Notes under the pieces: generated by a model
Database searches by the model: none
What the model was told of the DNA's origin: nothing
Seen by the model: the letters and a program-made list of their open reading frames with translations, nothing else
Shown here: in pieces, positions 59,337-64,000 of the stretch
Layout: each line of letters starts with the position of its first letter
Numbering within the stretch: position 1 is the first letter of the stretch
NCBI GenBank assembly: GCA_965116875.1
Contig: OZ220733.1
Span: forward strand, 3,904,001 to 3,968,000
Reading direction: 5' to 3'
Length of the DNA stretch: 64,000 nt
From: Candidatus Latescibacterota bacterium
GTDB lineage: Bacteria > Latescibacterota > UBA2968 > GCA-2709665
Position numbers and translations under genes: made by a program

Positions 59337-59840
59337 ATGGGCGGAATGAGACGGCTTGGATTTGCAGGCATCCTGCTGGCTGCGAGTCTGTTCTGTTGTT
59401 TTCCGGATATCGCGGCCGCCGGGGATAAGGAACCCGTTCCCCTGCCACGCGTGCAGGTTGTCACGCTGGAAGGAGACACGCTGAATCTTGCCGATGTGTG
59501 CGAAGACAAGCCATCCTTCGTCTATCTTTGGGCAACCTGGTGCAAGACGTGCAAGAAGGACTTGAAGAATGTCTTCAAGTTGAGGGATAAATTCGGCGAC
59601 CGGATCCAGGTTTTCGGCATTGCGTGGAAGAACAGCGCGGAGGAGATTCAGACCTTCTTCGCGGACAGGAAGCAGACGCTGCACAGCTACATCGATTCGG
59701 ATGGCCGGGTATTCGAAGCCTTCGAGACCCGGTTGACGCCCACGGTTGTGATCGTCAATGCCCGCGGGGAGGTCCTTTTTTCGGGTTACGGCTCCTTTCG
59801 GAAGTACAGAAAGATCCTGGAAAAGGCATTGAAAGGGTAG
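59337..59840 (+). CDS. TlpA-family exported thioredoxin
   Basis: Signal peptide, WATWCKTC, cis-Pro motif LTPT; alternative start 59346. Confidence 0.88.
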   Translation: MGGMRRLGFAGILLAASLFCCFPDIAAAGDKEPVPLPRVQVVTLEGDTLNLADVCEDKPSFVYLWATWCKTCKKDLKNVFKLRDKFGDRIQVFGIAWKNSAEEIQTFFADRKQTLHSYIDSDGRVFEAFETRLTPTVVIVNARGEVLFSGYGSFRKYRKILEKALKG

Positions 59841-59883
59841 CGGTCGACTGAACGAAAACCACAATGCTCGAGGAGTGTGGAAG

Positions 59884-60858
59884 ATGAAACGAGTTTTCAA
59901 GGTTCTCCCGTTGATTCTGATCAGCCACCTGTTTTACGGTTACGAACCTGCCCTGGCGCAGCCTGGCGTAAGCTGACGTCGTCCCGTACTCCCGGGCGGG
60001 AGAATGCTTCAGGGCAGTCTGATCACGAAGGACCTTTTCGTCGTGAGCGCGAACTACGAGTACGAGTACCTGGGCGATGCGATGTACGGTACCGGGCCGA
60101 TCCCCAACATCAACCAGGAAGTGACCAGCATGTCAACGGTGTCCGTATTCGCCAGTTACGGGGTCACGGAATGGTTCGGCGCCGCCGTCGTGCTTCCGTT
60201 TCGTTCCATTACCAACGACAAGATTCTGCTACCCGGTCAGTACGACAACCAGTATCAGGGCGGAAAGTACGTCCGGCACGCCGCCGGTCTGGGCGACGTC
60301 GTTCTGATGTTGAATTTTGCGCCGCCACTGCCCGACGCACTGCCCGGATTGCTCTTTTCGGCAGGTGTCAAGTTGGCCAACGGTTCGACTCACGCGGTCG
60401 ATGAGTACGGCAGCCGGTTCGCCGACCTGTTGCAGGTGGGTTCCGGAAGCATGGACCCCATTTTCTCCGTCAGTCTGTCCCGCGCGTTCGACAGCCTGTT
60501 TTTCTCCGGTATGCTCTTCACACGCATTATTTCCCGCGAGAACGTGTACGGATACAAATACGGAAATGAGTTTCAGGGCATCTTTTCCATGGATTACATG
60601 CACGGGGAGAAGATAATTGCCGGTCTCAGCCTGAACCACGTCTACACGGACCGCGATTATTTCCAATATGGAAAGATTGCCCGAAAACGTGGCGGTACGT
60701 GGCTGTATCTCGCGCCGAAGCTGGGTGTACGGGCAACGGAGAATCTGAGCCTGGAGGCCAGGCTGCCGCTTCCCGTGTATCAGAACGTGAACGAAAGCCA
60801 GCTGACCTCCGACTACCAGCTCCACGTGGGCGCCACCTATCACTTTTTCGCCCGTTAG
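59884..60858 (+). CDS. outer-membrane beta-barrel (MetA-pathway/phenol-degradation-like transporter) with in-frame UGA at codon 31, candidate selenoprotein
   Basis: ATG 59884 after GAGGAG gives MKRVFKVLPLILISHLFYGYEPALA-QPGVS-[TGA 59974-59976]-RRPVLPGGR, in frame with the 60004-60858 ORF (GLGD, LQVGSGS.D, Y.YGNE, LPVYQNVN..QL). Confidence 0.75.
59985..60006 (+). promoter_or_regulatory. candidate bacterial SECIS hairpin
   Basis: Stem CTCCC/GGGAG, extended by CGT/ATG pairs, with apical loop GGGC whose first G is 18 nt after the UGA. Confidence 0.5.
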
Positions 60859-60942
60859 CAGTCCGTTGATAAAGTCGCTCTGCAGGCCTGCGAGTGAAGT
60901 CTTCGCAGGCAGGCAGCCCGGATGGACTTTTTCAACGGGCTG
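60859..60942 (-). mobile_element. MITE family 2, short (84 bp) variant with TTAG target duplication
   Basis: TTAG-CAGTCCGTTGATAAAGTC...GACTTTTTCAACGGGCTG-TTAG; the left TAG is the stop codon of the barrel gene. Confidence 0.8.
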
Positions 60943-60971
60943 TTAGCGGCTGTACAGCGTGGAAACGTCAC

Positions 60972-61718
60972 ATGCGGGAGGCCGGGTTGGCGCCGAATGA
61001 AACCGAAAAGATGTGGGCCGAACTGGCGCCGTACTATGACGTATTGTATCAGTGGAAGGACTATCGGACCGAGTCGGAGCGGGTTCATCAATTGATCCAG
61101 GCGCATCGAATGACGTCCGGCAATGCCCTGCTGGACGTCGCGTGCGGGACCGGGGGGCATGCCCGGTTTCTGCGGGACCACTACGATGTAACCGGTGTCG
61201 ATCTGAATCGCGAAATGTTGAAGGAGGCCCGCAGAAAAATACCCGGTGTCAGATTTCTGTCCCGGGACATGACGTCCTTCGATCTCAATCGTCGCTTTGA
61301 CGCGGTCATCTGTCTGTTCAGTTCAATTGCCTACGTAAGGACGTACCGGAACCTGAAACGGACGATCGCCTGTTTTGCGAGACATCTGAAACCCGGCGGC
61401 ATTCTGATTATCGAGCCTTTTTTCACGAAAGAGACGTTCGTTGCAGGATCGATCCACGGAGGCACGCTTGAAGCCGAAGGTGTAAAGATCTCCAGACACA
61501 ACGTGAGTCGACGCCGCGGAAACCTGGCCGTCCTCGATTTTCATTTTCTCCTTTCAACGAAGAAAGGCACACGGTACTTTCGCGACACCCACGAGATGGC
61601 CCTGTTCGACAGGGAGAGATTTCTCGAGATTATGGCGCTTGCAGGTCTGGCGCCGAGGTACGACGAAAGCGGTCTGATGCCGGGTCGGGGACTCTACGTC
61701 ACGCAGAAGGCCGTTTGA
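60972..61718 (+). CDS. class I SAM-dependent methyltransferase
   Basis: YYD..Y..KDY, LLDVACGTG, GVDL...ML, FDAVICLFSSI, HLKPGG; start uncertain. Confidence 0.88.
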   Translation: MREAGLAPNETEKMWAELAPYYDVLYQWKDYRTESERVHQLIQAHRMTSGNALLDVACGTGGHARFLRDHYDVTGVDLNREMLKEARRKIPGVRFLSRDMTSFDLNRRFDAVICLFSSIAYVRTYRNLKRTIACFARHLKPGGILIIEPFFTKETFVAGSIHGGTLEAEGVKISRHNVSRRRGNLAVLDFHFLLSTKKGTRYFRDTHEMALFDRERFLEIMALAGLAPRYDESGLMPGRGLYVTQKAV

Positions 61719-61737
61719 ACAGCAGGAGCGATACCAT

Positions 61738-63102
61738 ATGGAACCACGTTCGGACAATGGCAATGCGGGGACCGATCGGAATCCGCAGGTTCTGGGCAAG
61801 AATTTCATGTTTCCGCCTCACGTGATCGACGATATACACATCAAGGCGAATCTGGGCCGGTACCGCATGCGCGGTATGGCGCTTTTCAAGAAGATCCCAT
61901 CGTGGGACGACCTGACGTTTCTGCCGGGCACGCTTACCCGGTTCGTTATCGAGGGATACCGTGAAAAATGCGAAACGAGGACGGTGCTCGGGCCCATGGC
62001 GGAACGGCCCCTGGCGCTGGATATTCCCATATACATAACGGGAATGAGCTTTGGGGCGTTGTCCTACGAGGCGAAGGTGGCTCTGGCCAGAGGGGCCACG
62101 ATGGCGGGCACGGCGACCTGTTCAGGAGAGGGTGGAATGCTGCCCGACGAGCGGCGGTATTCGGAGAAGTGGCTGTACCAGTGCATTCAGTCCCGTTACG
62201 GATTCAATCCGCACCACATGCGACTGGCCGACGGTGTCGAGTTCTTCATCGGTCAGGGATGCAAGGTGGGCCTCGGCGGGCACCTGATGGGCCAGAAGGT
62301 GACCGACCAGGTTGCCGAAATGCGTTCATTGCCGGCGGGGATCGATCAGCGTTCGCCGGCCAGGCACCCGGACTGGCTGGGCCCCGACGATCTGGCCCTG
62401 AAGATCGAGGAGATCCGCGAAGCGACCAACTGGCAGATACCCATCCAGTTGAAGCTCGGCGCGGCGCGGGTCTATGACGATGTGAGGATGGCGGCCAAGA
62501 CCGGCCCCGACAGCATCTATATGGACGGGATGGAAGGCTCGACGGGGGCGGGACCCCACCTGGCCACCGAGGAGACGGGCGTGCCGGGGATCGCGGCCAT
62601 CAGGCAGGCCAGAAAGGCGCTGGACGACGTGGGAAAGACCGGGGAGATTACGCTGGTCTATGCGGGAGGGATACGCAACGGGGCCGACGTTGCCAAAGCG
62701 CTCGCGCTTGGCGCCGACGCGGTAGCCATCGGCACCGCGGCGATGGTGGCGCTCAACTGCAACAAGGATATCCCGGAGGCCGATTACGAGGGAACGGTCG
62801 GCGTTCCCGCGGGTACCTGCTACCATTGCCATACCGGGCTGTGTCCCGTGGGCGTGGCCACCCAGGATCCTGTGCTTCGCAGCCGACTGGACCCGGATGA
62901 GGCGGCCGAACGGGTATACAATTTCCTTCATACCCTTGCCATCGAGTGCCAGATGTTCGCCAGGGCCTGCGGCAAAACCGACGTCCACTCCCTGGAGCCG
63001 GAGGACCTTGCCGCGCTGACCATGGAAGCGTCCGCCATGGCGGAGGTTCCGCTTGCGGGCACCCGCCATACCGTGGGCCATCCGGAGATGAACAGGTTCT
63101 GA
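61738..63102 (+). CDS. glxD: FMN-binding glutamate synthase family protein, GlxD/MgsC (N-methylglutamate synthase subunit)-like
   Basis: GMSFGALS, GEGGM, GQGCKVGLGG, LPAGIDQRSPARHPDWLGPDDL, CYHCHTGLCPVGVATQD, ACGKTDVHSLEPEDL.ALT.EA. Confidence 0.82.
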   Translation: MEPRSDNGNAGTDRNPQVLGKNFMFPPHVIDDIHIKANLGRYRMRGMALFKKIPSWDDLTFLPGTLTRFVIEGYREKCETRTVLGPMAERPLALDIPIYITGMSFGALSYEAKVALARGATMAGTATCSGEGGMLPDERRYSEKWLYQCIQSRYGFNPHHMRLADGVEFFIGQGCKVGLGGHLMGQKVTDQVAEMRSLPAGIDQRSPARHPDWLGPDDLALKIEEIREATNWQIPIQLKLGAARVYDDVRMAAKTGPDSIYMDGMEGSTGAGPHLATEETGVPGIAAIRQARKALDDVGKTGEITLVYAGGIRNGADVAKALALGADAVAIGTAAMVALNCNKDIPEADYEGTVGVPAGTCYHCHTGLCPVGVATQDPVLRSRLDPDEAAERVYNFLHTLAIECQMFARACGKTDVHSLEPEDLAALTMEASAMAEVPLAGTRHTVGHPEMNRF

Positions 63103-63190
63103 AAAAAGGAAGAAGGAAGAAGGACCACAACGCACCCCGCCGGTTCCGCGCTCGCCATTCCGGGACAGGGCGCCGCACCAGGAGAATCCG

Positions 63191-63607
63191 ATGGCAGAAG
63201 CCAAAGACGTGAACTACTACCTGAAGTCCACGGGGCTCGACTCGGACCGCGAAAAGGAAATCGGTCAGCACATCGGGTATCGGTACGATGTGAACCTCCC
63301 GCCGGACTATACGCTGCTGACGCCCTTCCTGAAGAGGTATATGGAGGCGATGGGATGGCGGGACCTCAACTGGCTGGAAGATGTACATATGGGGTACGAA
63401 GACGGAAAGCCCGCGGTATTCGACCGGAATATCAACGGCTGGGTGCTGGTTCCCGAAGATATGGCGCTGCCCGACAACCAGCAGGAGCGCGACATGATTG
63501 CGCGCGAACTGCTTGTCAAGTTTCAGATGTCCGAAAAGCATCCCGTCGTGGAACTTGGCCACGCGTACGGAATGAACCTTGAGGACGACGGCGGCGCGCG
63601 CGGGTAG
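63191..63607 (+). CDS. hypothetical protein
   Basis: 138-aa ORF with RBS AGGAG and non-random, protein-like composition. Confidence 0.75.
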   Translation: MAEAKDVNYYLKSTGLDSDREKEIGQHIGYRYDVNLPPDYTLLTPFLKRYMEAMGWRDLNWLEDVHMGYEDGKPAVFDRNINGWVLVPEDMALPDNQQERDMIARELLVKFQMSEKHPVVELGHAYGMNLEDDGGARG

Positions 63608-63654
63608 CGCAGGGTCGAGCCGCGATCCCGAGAAACCAGGAGTCTGGAGGCGTT

Positions 63655-64000
63655 ATGAGCAAATCGAAGATGTGGGGTCCGGATGCGTTCTGGGGCCTGG
63701 ACTACGACTGGGACCCCCAGTGGGTATTGACGCAGGAGCAGGAGGCGCTCCAGGAGAAGCTGATCGAGCTTTGCCGGACCACGCTGCGGGATAACGCCGT
63801 AGAGAGCGATCGCGAACTCGTGTTTCCACGGAAGAACTTCGAGGCGCTGGCTTCGCTGGGCCTGCTTGGGCTGAACGTGCCACGGGAATGGGGGGGCATG
63901 GGAGAAAACCATACCTGTACGGCGATGGTGGTGGAGACGATCGCGCGTTACGGGTGCGCAAGTACTGCGATGTGCTATACCATGCACATCGGGGCCGTGG
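63655..64000 (+). CDS. acyl-CoA dehydrogenase family protein (partial, runs off the window)
   Basis: Manual translation from ATG 63655 after GGAGG: LTQEQ..L, FPRKNFEAL..LGLLG..VP.EWGG.G, ETIARYGCASTAMCYTMH. Confidence 0.85.
   Translation, partial: MSKSKMWGPDAFWGLDYDWDPQWVLTQEQEALQEKLIELCRTTLRDNAVESDRELVFPRKNFEALASLGLLGLNVPREWGGMGENHTCTAMVVETIARYGCASTAMCYTMHIGAV

Noticed and set aside
58020-59900. 626-aa minus-strand ORF and similar long antisense ORFs (e.g. 17592-19157, 47650-49239, 36982-38349, 39686-41008)
   Set aside because: Antisense shadows of well-supported genes, expected at high GC; no recognisable motifs.
63191-63607. Candidate missing alpha subunit of the DMFase-like enzyme
   Set aside because: Similar size, but no resemblance to the DMFase small subunit that I can recognise, and it is 18 kb away.

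Overview
GC-rich bacterial chromosome window with about 58 genes, almost all on the + strand. GWxTD, TonB, ankyrin, NHL, PhyH and many amidohydrolase genes, plus a sigma70 lacking region 1.1, suggest an FCB-associated lineage such as Latescibacterota, possibly a sponge-type symbiont (inference). The first 35 kb is mostly housekeeping: rlmN, murA, cca, cysC, murD, rpoD-family sigma, folB-folK-dNK-panB-panC, sodA, erpA, rny, queG, miaB, lipA. The rest is catabolic or accessory: fused IOR, plant-type hydroxypyruvate reductase, DMFase-like, CocE, hydantoinase A/B, D-aminoacylase, PhyH, GlxD/MgsC. The best novelty candidate is an NHL lipoprotein / TlpA thioredoxin / outer-membrane beta-barrel operon whose barrel gene (59884-60858) has an in-frame UGA just after the signal peptide, followed by a SECIS-like hairpin: a putative unannotated selenoprotein. 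Also present are two MITE families with IS5-type target duplications and a shared small hairpin, a BpsA-like branched-polyamine synthase, an RNase Y ORF reading into an orphan nuoI, and a Cys-depleted IscU. No tRNA, rRNA, CRISPR array or transposase was found. All calls are by motif recognition; no database searches were run.
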